Shown piece by piece: positions 40,051 to 49,343 of a stretch of 64,000 nt of DNA (the first letter of the stretch is position 1; each line of letters begins with the position of its first letter). Source of the DNA: Thermodesulfobacteriota bacterium (GTDB taxonomy: Bacteria; Desulfobacterota; Desulfarculia; JACQYL01); contig CAXXLZ010000001.1 of assembly GCA_963675595.2 (NCBI GenBank), positions 832,001-896,000 on the forward strand, given 5' to 3'. A model generated the notes under the pieces. That model was not told where the DNA came from and searched no databases. It was given only the letters and a program-made list of their open reading frames with translations. A program made the translations under genes and the position numbers.

Positions 40051-42423
40051 TCAGCTGTTCTCCGGATATTTAAAGGAAACGTTGAAGGTCCCGGAGATAT
40101 GTGGACAATTGAGAGTCATCACCCCGGTGGTGCTGCCTGTGAGGTTCAGACTCAAGGCGCAGGACTGTCCAAGGATGTCGGATTGAACGGAGATGCCGTC
40201 CGTAAAGTCGGGATCCAGGTGAGCCGTCAATCGACCTGCGGCTAATAAAACGATTACGCAGGACCCCGTGTCGTATTTCTGAAGGTAGAACTTGATGGAC
40301 CCATCGGGGTTATGCCAGATGGCATTGGTGGGAATAGACGGCCCGGTTTCTCCGTTGTCGGGATACGTCAAGGATACGGGAACGGAAAATGAACGAGTTG
40401 GAAGTTGGGCCGTGAGCGTGCCGGCGGAACCCCCGGCCGTACTGAGGGTGAGTGAGTAATTTTGACCCAGGATATCCTGAGTGCAGGATATACCGTCCTT
40501 GTAGTTCGGATCCAAAAAGGCCGTGAGCACGCCGTCCACAAACGCCACGACTACTGCGGAACCGGCCTGATATTTTTGAAGGTAGAAATTGACCTCGTTC
40601 GCCGAGCATTTCCAGATGCCGTTTTCGGCGTAGTAAGCGGTGCTGTCGAAAAGCAGTTCCACGTCGTCCACAATAAAGTTGGTGATGAGGCTTTCATCGG
40701 TGATCGCGAAGAATTCAACGGCAACATCTTGCCCGATGAACTCTGAAATGTCGAAAGAGGCGCTCCGAATCCAGTCATCCGTGGCATCCGCGTTGCTGAG
40801 AACGGTGATGTCCTTATAGTAGTCGTCGCTTGCGCGGTAGATACCGATTTCGAGCGTGTCGTAGGGTTCGAGCTCTTCCTCTTCCGTCTCGATACCGTAC
40901 CAGAAACGGAGCGTCGCGTTCTTGGCCGTGGAGGGAATCTTGAAATCCTGGGCGAGATAATCGAATTCCATGTAGTCGTATCCGCCCAGCCATGCGGCCC
41001 AGCTACCCTTATGGGCGCATTCGAGTCCGCCGAAAGTGTAGCAGGGCAGTTCCCAGATCACCCATCCCGTGGAGAACCATGCTCCGTCGTCTCCGTTTTC
41101 AAAGTCGGGGTTTTCCAGAATATTGGTGGTCAGCGCGGCACTGTCTTGGGTTACTGTAACTGTTTTTCCGGCGATGTTCAGCGTGCCCGTTCGCGCGTCT
41201 CCGGTATTGACGGAAACGCTGTAGGTCACCGTGCCGTTGCCGCTGCCCGAGGCCCCCGAAGTCAGCGATATCCAGGAGGCTTGAGAAGATGCGGTCCAGG
41301 CGCAGCCGGCGTTGGAGGCGCTCACCTTGAAAAGACCTTCTCCTCCGCTGGAGTAGAAATTTTCTTCATTCGGCAGCACTGAGTAATTGCACTCCGATCC
41401 ACCGCTCTCGAAGTCGATGTCCAGTGTTTGCCAGAAGAAGGCATAGAAGGTCTCATCATAGTATTGGTAGGTGCAATCGTAATTCATGTGCATGGGAATG
41501 CGGTACAGCCCGTTGGGGCGGTTGGCGGGCCCCCCCCAGCTGTTGAGAATAAGCCAGTAGTGGTTTGCCGGATCGGGGGCGGTATCGTCATAACCCACGA
41601 GCAACACGGCATGTCCGCCTCCCTCGTCCGTGTACGTCATCCCGCAGGTGTCCCGGTAAAAGAGAGCGTTTTCCGATTCGTCGTCCCAGAATGAGTAGAA
41701 ATGGTTCCAACTCGAGTCATCGGGGAGATAAAAGCCGAAAAAAATGGCTTTGTTCTGGTGAAGCACGTTCTTTATGTTGGCAATGGCCGCCGCCTCGCCG
41801 ATCCCGTAGGTTTGAACGGTCACCGGAGTGATGGATCGGATGGGATAATTGGTGTCGGTCTGAATGCCGGCACAACTGGTCACACTGGAACCGTAGTTAC
41901 AGCCGCTTTCGGCATCCGCGAAGGAGGCGTTTCCATTGGACCAAGGAAAGAACATGCCCACTCTCCCATACCAGGAGGCGTACTTCTCCAACGTGCCGCC
42001 GCAGCAGGCAAAGTTGTCCATCTTGCAGGAGTTTAGATACTGAGTGGACAGTCGGTCGTAGATGCCTTGCTGCGTAGACAGCGCCACTTCCACCACGCCG
42101 GTGCCCGCCCAATTCCAGCAGTTTCCGCAGTAACCCTGATTCCGTTCGTCGGGATCGTAGGTCAGATATTGCAGTAGGCTCTTCGATCCGCCCATGCCTT
42201 CCAGCTTGCTTTGTTGCAGCGATTTGGTTATGGCAGGGTCCGTGTACGCGGCGGCGGCATTAAGTCTCTCGCTCTGCCATCTCAAAATCGTGTCCACGGA
42301 GGGCCGCATGATCCGGTCCCGAAGCCGTTCCCGATCGAGGTCGGACGAATCCGCGGACCAGGCGAAGCTTAACGTCGATGCGAAAAGAAAAAAACTCATC
42401 AGAAACCAAAACATCTTTTTCAT
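40051..42423 (-). CDS. Secreted papain-like (C1) cysteine peptidase with BACON, jelly-roll and two unknown C-terminal domains
   Basis: Signal peptide; RNQGYCGNCW, GGHAVLLVGY, ILNSWG catalytic motifs; CAWTASSQASWI..NTGDARTGTL BACON signature. Confidence 0.9.
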   Translation of the reverse strand: MKKMFWFLMSFFLFASTLSFAWSADSSDLDRERLRDRIMRPSVDTILRWQSERLNAAAAYTDPAITKSLQQSKLEGMGGSKSLLQYLTYDPDERNQGYCGNCWNWAGTGVVEVALSTQQGIYDRLSTQYLNSCKMDNFACCGGTLEKYASWYGRVGMFFPWSNGNASFADAESGCNYGSSVTSCAGIQTDTNYPIRSITPVTVQTYGIGEAAAIANIKNVLHQNKAIFFGFYLPDDSSWNHFYSFWDDESENALFYRDTCGMTYTDEGGGHAVLLVGYDDTAPDPANHYWLILNSWGGPANRPNGLYRIPMHMNYDCTYQYYDETFYAFFWQTLDIDFESGGSECNYSVLPNEENFYSSGGEGLFKVSASNAGCAWTASSQASWISLTSGASGSGNGTVTYSVSVNTGDARTGTLNIAGKTVTVTQDSAALTTNILENPDFENGDDGAWFSTGWVIWELPCYTFGGLECAHKGSWAAWLGGYDYMEFDYLAQDFKIPSTAKNATLRFWYGIETEEEELEPYDTLEIGIYRASDDYYKDITVLSNADATDDWIRSASFDISEFIGQDVAVEFFAITDESLITNFIVDDVELLFDSTAYYAENGIWKCSANEVNFYLQKYQAGSAVVVAFVDGVLTAFLDPNYKDGISCTQDILGQNYSLTLSTAGGSAGTLTAQLPTRSFSVPVSLTYPDNGETGPSIPTNAIWHNPDGSIKFYLQKYDTGSCVIVLLAAGRLTAHLDPDFTDGISVQSDILGQSCALSLNLTGSTTGVMTLNCPHISGTFNVSFKYPENS

Positions 42424-42829
42424 GACGCGTCTCCCGGATGGTTCGGTGGTCCCGTGCTCCCGTGGACTATGTGCGATGTTCTTAGGGGTAAGAGCTGTTC
42501 CGCAAGGGCGCCTCGTTCCTGCGACGGCCCCTAACGCCCCTGGCCGAAATTTTGGCTGAGTATATGTTGTACTATTTGCTCATATACTTTCCACGGTGTC
42601 GTTTCAACACCCATACGACTCTCCTCTTCGAGGCGCTGATGGGATGCAGTTCTCGTGGCATCCAACTTGCTTTAAGAACGATATTGCATCTTGATGATAT
42701 CGGGACTTTCCTCCCGAACCTCCTGCGGCACAGGCAATGACCGTCTATGGGGAGCCTGGGAAGCGCCCTTGGAATCAAGCCCGGGCTACGGGTATGGAGG
42801 ACACAACTACCGGACGGTAGGAAATTCAT

Positions 42830-44056
42830 ATGGATATCTCTCTCGATCAGATTCTGGAACGCCGGCTAGTCGTCACCCACTTCCAGCCCATCGTGTCCGT
42901 CAAGAAGAATACCACTGTCGGTTTTGAGGCGCTGTCTCGGGGTATTTCTCAAGACGGTTCAAACAGCATCATCCCGCCTTTGGACTTGTTTAATGCGGCC
43001 CGCAAGGAGCACAAGACCGCGTTGCTGGATGTGGTTTGCCGTGAAAAGGCGCTCGAATCGTTCCGAGCCTACCATGCCCATAGAAAAGACCTTCTGCTCT
43101 TCCTGAATCTCGAGGGGGCCGCCATTAATCCGGACGGGCCGGAAACCCTGATCGATGCCGCAAAAGAAGCATCCATCGAACCCTACCATATCGTCATTGA
43201 AATTGTTGAGTCCAAAGTAGGAAACGCCGTAGACCTTCATCGATTCGTCTCGCATCACCGGCGCGCGGGCTTTCTGATCGCTCTGGACGACGTGGGAAGC
43301 GGTCATTCGAACTTCGATCGTATCGCCGCGTTGAGGCCGGATATCATCAAGGTGGACCGCAGTCTGATCTCCGGACTGGACACAGAGTACTCTAAGCAGC
43401 ATGTCCTCCGATCCTTGACCGGCTTGGCTCACCGTCTTGGAGCTTTGGTGATCGCCGAAGGAGTCGAAACCGAGGAGGAGGCCATGGTGGCCATCGAATG
43501 CGAAACCGATCTGCTTCAAGGATATTTATTGGCGCGACCCATGGAGGACATGGAAGCGGCCATGGCTTCCGTTGTGGCTCCCATGCGATCGGTGGGAAGC
43601 AGGTACAAGGATTTCGTCATGGCCGAGATCAACGCCAGGATGGGAACGCATCGCGTTTACGATTTGGTCATGACGGAAATGATCGAAAGACTGGCTGATT
43701 GCGCGGGATGTGACTTCGAGCTCACACTGGTGGAGTTCATCCAGGATTATTCCGTGCTTGAGTGCGTCTATGTGTTGGATATGGACGGGGTCCAGGTGAG
43801 CGATACCATCTGCAACCCTGATCGCATCGGAGGAAGCCGTAGGATCATCTTCCGTCCCGACGAAAAGGGGGCCGACCAGTCTCTCAAAGACTATTTCTAT
43901 TTCATCAAAGCGGGCAAGACCCACTATACGACGGATCGGTACATCTCCATGGCTTCGGGAAACTGGTGCTGCACCGTTTCTTCACTATTCCGTTCATTCA
44001 ACGCCCAGCCGTATATCCTGTGTGCGGATTTCAGTTCGGAGGAGTGCAAAGGGTGA
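42830..44056 (+). CDS. EAL-domain c-di-GMP phosphodiesterase with YkuI-like C-terminal domain
   Basis: FQPIV, FEAL, FLN, IEIVE, ALDDVGSG, IKVDR, AEGVE and QGY are all present. Confidence 0.92.
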   Translation: MDISLDQILERRLVVTHFQPIVSVKKNTTVGFEALSRGISQDGSNSIIPPLDLFNAARKEHKTALLDVVCREKALESFRAYHAHRKDLLLFLNLEGAAINPDGPETLIDAAKEASIEPYHIVIEIVESKVGNAVDLHRFVSHHRRAGFLIALDDVGSGHSNFDRIAALRPDIIKVDRSLISGLDTEYSKQHVLRSLTGLAHRLGALVIAEGVETEEEAMVAIECETDLLQGYLLARPMEDMEAAMASVVAPMRSVGSRYKDFVMAEINARMGTHRVYDLVMTEMIERLADCAGCDFELTLVEFIQDYSVLECVYVLDMDGVQVSDTICNPDRIGGSRRIIFRPDEKGADQSLKDYFYFIKAGKTHYTTDRYISMASGNWCCTVSSLFRSFNAQPYILCADFSSEECKG

Positions 44057-44092
44057 CGTTATAGCCGCAACGGGGAGGGAGAATCGATAACG

Positions 44093-44211
44093 GACGGTCG
44101 AAAAATTCGATCTGCGGCGTTGCGCCTTATCCCTCGTCACTGCGACGTACTCCTTCGTATGCCTCATGTTCGGGATTCGCTCGTTTGCATGTCATCGTTT
44201 CTTTCCGGCCC
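44093..44211. repeat. Palindromic intergenic repeat (MITE/REP-like), copy B
   Basis: Similar to 29268-29385. Confidence 0.7.
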
Positions 44212-44379
44212 CAAATAATCCGCTTACTCAACGGGTGGGGGGATAAAGGGCTTTGACGCTCGTCTCGAGATTTCCACGTCCGGCCGACGAGGATGTCGGA
44301 TACGGTTCAGCCGTGACTCACGCGTGGCGGCCGGAAATGGAAAACGAAATGACGGGCTTGTTCAACATCAGTGGGTGTT

Positions 44380-46092
44380 TCACCGTCGTCGGACGACGCG
44401 AAAGCCGCCGTCCTCGGCGCACAGTCTCGGATCGCTCCACACCTGTGATGAAATCATGCAGCCCAAACTGCCTGCCAGGAATGATCCTCCTTTGATAAGC
44501 CGATTCAAGGAAGCGGAGTTCATACCGTCCGGAATCCGGGAAAGTGTTGCAGGAGAATTCACCGCATCTTGTTCATAGCTCCAATTGTCGCACCATTCCC
44601 AAACGTTTCCCGAAAGGTTGTGTATCTTCTTTTCTCCCCAGTAACTTGCTCCCCGGGGGAAGGCGTCCACTTCCATAACCGCCGTGCCGGGAATGCCGCG
44701 AACAGGTCTCAAGGTTTCCTCACTGTTGCAGCGGCCCGGCTCCCAAAGGGCCCCCCATGGGTAGTTTTTGAAAGACGGCGGGGAGTTGTGGGAAACCGAG
44801 GCGACGAGCCGGCTTCCGTCGACGTCCCCTAGCGCCGCGGTAGTCCATTGGAATTCCGTGGGTAGACTTCCGCCTCGCCAGTCGGCATAAGCCTTTGCCG
44901 CGAACCAGGAAACGTACGTTACCGGATGCCGGTCCGCCGATGGTGGAAAACGATCCGGTGCAGGCCAATGTTTCAGATAGTCCCCGTCATGAAAGGCGGT
45001 CGGAATGCGATCCTTCCGCCATTGTGGATTTGCCTGAACGAAATCAAGGAACTCACGGTTCGTGGTTTCCGTAGCCGAAATGAGAAAGACCGGGCCGTCC
45101 CTTGGCGCGACCTTGACCCAATCCGGTTGGGAAGACGGATCGGTCGGCATCTCCACGTTCGACAACTCGACCAGCGGATAAGTGGACAGGGGAAAACCGT
45201 GGGTCAGGGCCAATGTGGAGATGGTAGGGCGCTGATGTTGGTTCAGTCGCTCCGCCGCCTCCGCAACTTTGTCTTCCAGATATTCCCAGATTTCCCAGAC
45301 CTCGACCACATTGTCCCGATTGCCGTCCGCCCCGCCCTTGAGGCCCTCCATGAGGAAATAAGTGAACGCGCCGTGACCCGGATCGGCCAATTCAACGGAT
45401 AGCTGATCTCCCTCGGAAGCGGTGATGACGATTCGACCTGTTCCGCCGAATTCTCTGAATGCATCCTTTACCTCACGGTGATGAAAGGATTCGCCTCGAG
45501 GATAGCTGATCACCGTGGCCGAACTGAAACAACAATCCACGAACAAGATCAAACGGCGTGCCCGGATTCGGTTGATCAGTCCACTGATTTCTTTTTGTGA
45601 TAGGGCGCTGCCCGAAAGAATCTCCAATTCATTTTGTTGATAAGCGCGCAGATCCACTTCGGTGTCGTGCAGAATCCAATAACCCTCCCCGTCGGCGTTC
45701 CGGATCCCATGGGAGGAAAAGTAGATCAGTACCGTGTCCTCGGGAAGGGCGTCCGCTGCAAGGCGCTCCAAGGCCGAGCGTACACCGTTGGTGGTGGCCT
45801 CTTCGTCCAGCAGCGTGTTGAGATCAAGATTCGGCACCGGGAGATGGTTCGGGTCCTTCAGCAAGGAGCGCAAAGCCGAGGCGTCCGCACGGCAGAAACG
45901 AAGTGGACGAATCTTACCGTCGGAAAAACGATCGATGCCGATGAGCAGCGCCCGGTACACTCCGGCGGAAGGGTCTTCCGTGATGCGGAGAGAGGAATCT
46001 TCCACGGGCCGGACCACGATGGCTTTCTGAGCCCGAGCGATGCCCGTCGAAGTCAGGAGGACCAAGATCACGCAGATACACATCTTTCTCAT
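44380..46092 (-). CDS. Exported caspase-like (C14) peptidase fused to an FGE-sulfatase/CLec domain
   Basis: Signal peptide MRKMCICVILVLL..ARA; RALLIGID, YFSSHG (His), FVDCCFS (Cys), HGAFTYFL; then ETTN, HPVTYVSW, LPTEFQW, SGNVWEWC, KGGSF, GFRVV. Confidence 0.9.
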   Translation of the reverse strand: MRKMCICVILVLLTSTGIARAQKAIVVRPVEDSSLRITEDPSAGVYRALLIGIDRFSDGKIRPLRFCRADASALRSLLKDPNHLPVPNLDLNTLLDEEATTNGVRSALERLAADALPEDTVLIYFSSHGIRNADGEGYWILHDTEVDLRAYQQNELEILSGSALSQKEISGLINRIRARRLILFVDCCFSSATVISYPRGESFHHREVKDAFREFGGTGRIVITASEGDQLSVELADPGHGAFTYFLMEGLKGGADGNRDNVVEVWEIWEYLEDKVAEAAERLNQHQRPTISTLALTHGFPLSTYPLVELSNVEMPTDPSSQPDWVKVAPRDGPVFLISATETTNREFLDFVQANPQWRKDRIPTAFHDGDYLKHWPAPDRFPPSADRHPVTYVSWFAAKAYADWRGGSLPTEFQWTTAALGDVDGSRLVASVSHNSPPSFKNYPWGALWEPGRCNSEETLRPVRGIPGTAVMEVDAFPRGASYWGEKKIHNLSGNVWEWCDNWSYEQDAVNSPATLSRIPDGMNSASLNRLIKGGSFLAGSLGCMISSQVWSDPRLCAEDGGFRVVRRR

Positions 46093-46109
46093 GCTTGGAT
46101 CCCTTCCGG

Positions 46110-49100
46110 CTATTGCCAGTCGCCGTAGAGGACAAAGGCGCTCCAATAGTATGGGTGGGACCACTCCGCGCGCTTCATTAACGAAAGCTTGGCGAGACGT
46201 AGAGATTCCGATTTGTCGTGTCCGCTCAGATAGTTTTCGTAGAATCCGCGCATGAGTTCACGAGTGGCTTCGTCGTCCACGTCCCACAAAGAGCATAGTA
46301 CGCTCGGTGCCCCCGCGAACATGAGTGCCCGAGTGAGACCCACCAGATCATCCCCGGCGCCGAGTTTGCCTTTACCCGAGGAACACGCGGACAGGCTCAC
46401 GAGAGATACGCCACGCCAGTCCAGGCCGAAAAGCTCGTGCATTTCCAGATTGCCGTCGTTTTCCCCATCGGGCGTCAAGGCCAGGTACGATAGAGGCGGT
46501 GCGATCTCATTGAAAATGCCGTGGCAGGCAAGGTGAACCACGTCGGGACTCCCCAGCCGGGCGAGCGGCTGTTTGACATACGTCTCCGTGGCCTCGGTGC
46601 GTTTTCGCAGAACTGCCTTCGGAAACAGACTCGCGACCTCGGCGGCCTCGCGCTCGGCCCCCGGCAACGGCGATAGGGCCGTCACCGGATTGCCGACGGC
46701 GAATATCCTGCTTCGGCCGGAGCGGCGCTTATTCAGCAGATAACGATAGACGCCCGCCGAGGGTGAAACGACCATACGATGGGAAGCGACCAGGACCTCG
46801 CCGTTGTCTGCGTTAAGGGCGCCGAAAGGAATCTTGTACATGGGGCCCCACGGAATCACCACGAGGGCCTCGTGTCCAAGGAGTTTCTCAATGGGTTGGA
46901 TAAGTCGCGAATACAGTCCGCCCGACAAAGACCGTAATTTCGGTAAGTCCGTATCGCCGGCTTCCAGCACTCGTACAAAGGCCTCCAGTTCGGCCTCCAA
47001 GGTCTCGCGGCTCACATCCACCCGTTCAAAATGGAGACTATTCCGCGTTATCACGAATACCCACAGCTCATTCCGTTTTTTCCCGTCCGGATATTTCATT
47101 TCCCCCGGGTGGTGGTACTCCACCAGAACAACACCGTCTCCCAGAAACGATTGGACTTCTTCCAACGTGGGGGCGTCCACGCAAATCAGAGACCCGAGTT
47201 CGGCATCTGCACGCCTGATCTCCTCGATCAGTTCCAGACGTTGTCTCTCCATCGCGCCCATCTTTCGTTCAACCGTCTCCGGTGCCGACCGGGTCTTTTG
47301 TCCGACCGGACCCGAGGACTCCAATGTCCAGGAATCTCTCTCCTCACTCAGCGCCCGATACTCTCGTTCCAACCGGTCCAATTGGGCGCTTTTCGCATAG
47401 GTGGTGTCGTTCCGTGATGAGGCGACCAACTCCTCCGTGGCCAGCAGGTCCAGAAACGATTTGGCCCGTCTTCTTTCCAGGGCGTTGAAGGCTTCGGACT
47501 CGGCCCCCATCGCCAGGGACGCCGCGGCCAAGTTGTCATAGTAGTTTCCATGAGCCGCCTGGAACTTCGCTCGGCGGGAACCCTCCCCGATTTTGCCTCG
47601 AACCTGTTCGAAGTATTCGATTCCGCGTTTCAGGGAGGACACGGCTTCGCGGGGACGATCGGCGAGGCGGAGCAATTCACCCAGATTGCACGAAACCGTG
47701 CAGGCGCTCTGGGGCTCTCCGGCCTCCATGACGATGGACAAAGCCTCTCGATACAGGGGCTCGGCTTTGTCGTAATCTCCCATCGCCGCATAGAGCCCGG
47801 CCAGATTGTTCAGACTCTGAGCGCAGGCCGGGTGCTTCTGACCCAACGCCTTTTCCCTGATTGCCAATGTCCTTCGATACAAAGGTTCGGCCTCGTCGTA
47901 TCTCCCCATGGCTTCATAGAGTGTCGCCAAGTCGTTCACACTCCGGGCGTAGTCCGGGTGGCCTTCACCGAGCGCCGCCTTCATCACGGTCATGGCCTCT
48001 CGAAGCAGCGGTTCGGCTTCGTCGAGATTTCCCGTGACTCGGCACAGTCCCGCCAGATTGTCGAGGCTCAAAGCGTAGTCCGGATGGTTCGGCCCCAGCA
48101 CTTCCTTTCGAATGGACACGGACTCCTGCAACAATCGTCGAGCCTTGTCGTACTCGCCGATGGACTGATGGAGCGCGGCCAGGTTGTCCAGGCTTTGGGC
48201 ATATTCAGGACTTTTCTTCCTTAGGGTGCTCACGTCTATGGACTTGACTTCAAGCAACAAGGGCTCGGCCTTGCCGAACTCGCCCATGGCCATGTAGAGC
48301 AGGGCCAGGTTGTTGAGGCAGGACGCATACTCCCCGTGTTTCTCTCCCAAGGCCTCCTTCTTGATGACCAGGGCTTTCCGGAAGAGCGGTTCGGCCTCGG
48401 CGTATTCGGCCAGGGTACGGTAGAATTCGCCCAGGTTATTGAGGCTGGTGGCATAGTCGGGATGCTTTTCTCCCAGAACGCTTTTTCTGAGGTCCAAGGC
48501 CTTCTTCAGAAATCGTTCCGCTTTGCCGTATTCTCCCATGGAAACATACAGAGAGGCCAAGTTGTTCAGGCTTTGGGCGTAAGCCGGGTGCCCTTCCCCC
48601 AAGGCTCGTTTCCTGACGTCCATGGCCTGCAGGTACAATGTCTCGGCCTGAGGGAATTCCCCCATGCATTTATAGAGATAGGCGAGATTGTTGAGGCTGA
48701 CGGCGTAGTCCGGGTGGTTTTCGCCGAGAACCCTCTTTCTGATGGCGATTGTTTCCTTCAGAAGGGGCTCGGCTTTGGCGTATTGGTCCGTGGAAACGTA
48801 CAGGGCGGACAGGCTGTTCAAAGTGGTGGCATAGTCCGGATGCTTGTCACCCAGGTGTCTTTTCCGGATTTGCATGGCCTTGAGCAGGAGCGGTTCCGCC
48901 TCGGCATACCTCCCCATGGAACGATACAACTCGGCCAAGTTGTTGAGACCCAGCGCGTAATTCGGGTGATTCTCCCCGACGATCCTTTTCCATACGGCCA
49001 TGGATTCTTTGTACAGAGGCGCCGCCTTTTCGTATTTGCCCATGGATTTATACAGCAACGCGAGGTTGTTGAGGCTGACGGAGTATTCCGCGGGATTCGC

Positions 49101-49298
49101 GGCAGCCCTACTCTTGCGCAAGGTCACCACTTCTTCGGCAATGCGTGCGGCTTCCTCGTATCGCCCCTGTTGATAAAGTTGAATCACTTCGCGGTTCAAG
49201 GCATCGGCGTCCCGACTCCATGACGGAGGAGCGCACAGAATCGACACGATCACAAGAAACGCAAACAGCCCCCTTACCCGTTTCCTCGTTTGCGGCAT
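46110..49298 (-). CDS. Exported TPR-CHAT domain protein
   Basis: Signal peptide; about 12 42-aa TPRs (HPDYA.SLNNLA.LY); CHAT motifs VHLACHG and LSACSSG, SLWDVDD, HPYYWSAF. Confidence 0.93.
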   Translation of the reverse strand: MPQTRKRVRGLFAFLVIVSILCAPPSWSRDADALNREVIQLYQQGRYEEAARIAEEVVTLRKSRAAANPAEYSVSLNNLALLYKSMGKYEKAAPLYKESMAVWKRIVGENHPNYALGLNNLAELYRSMGRYAEAEPLLLKAMQIRKRHLGDKHPDYATTLNSLSALYVSTDQYAKAEPLLKETIAIRKRVLGENHPDYAVSLNNLAYLYKCMGEFPQAETLYLQAMDVRKRALGEGHPAYAQSLNNLASLYVSMGEYGKAERFLKKALDLRKSVLGEKHPDYATSLNNLGEFYRTLAEYAEAEPLFRKALVIKKEALGEKHGEYASCLNNLALLYMAMGEFGKAEPLLLEVKSIDVSTLRKKSPEYAQSLDNLAALHQSIGEYDKARRLLQESVSIRKEVLGPNHPDYALSLDNLAGLCRVTGNLDEAEPLLREAMTVMKAALGEGHPDYARSVNDLATLYEAMGRYDEAEPLYRRTLAIREKALGQKHPACAQSLNNLAGLYAAMGDYDKAEPLYREALSIVMEAGEPQSACTVSCNLGELLRLADRPREAVSSLKRGIEYFEQVRGKIGEGSRRAKFQAAHGNYYDNLAAASLAMGAESEAFNALERRRAKSFLDLLATEELVASSRNDTTYAKSAQLDRLEREYRALSEERDSWTLESSGPVGQKTRSAPETVERKMGAMERQRLELIEEIRRADAELGSLICVDAPTLEEVQSFLGDGVVLVEYHHPGEMKYPDGKKRNELWVFVITRNSLHFERVDVSRETLEAELEAFVRVLEAGDTDLPKLRSLSGGLYSRLIQPIEKLLGHEALVVIPWGPMYKIPFGALNADNGEVLVASHRMVVSPSAGVYRYLLNKRRSGRSRIFAVGNPVTALSPLPGAEREAAEVASLFPKAVLRKRTEATETYVKQPLARLGSPDVVHLACHGIFNEIAPPLSYLALTPDGENDGNLEMHELFGLDWRGVSLVSLSACSSGKGKLGAGDDLVGLTRALMFAGAPSVLCSLWDVDDEATRELMRGFYENYLSGHDKSESLRLAKLSLMKRAEWSHPYYWSAFVLYGDWQ

Positions 49299-49343
49299 GT
49301 TGACGTCCTTTGCTTGAGTTACCGTTATCGCAGTTGCGGCGTC

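Noticed and set aside
47700-49100. Regular 126-bp repeats as a CRISPR-like array
   Set aside because: They are in-frame 42-aa TPR units with degenerate codons, not a repeat-spacer structure.
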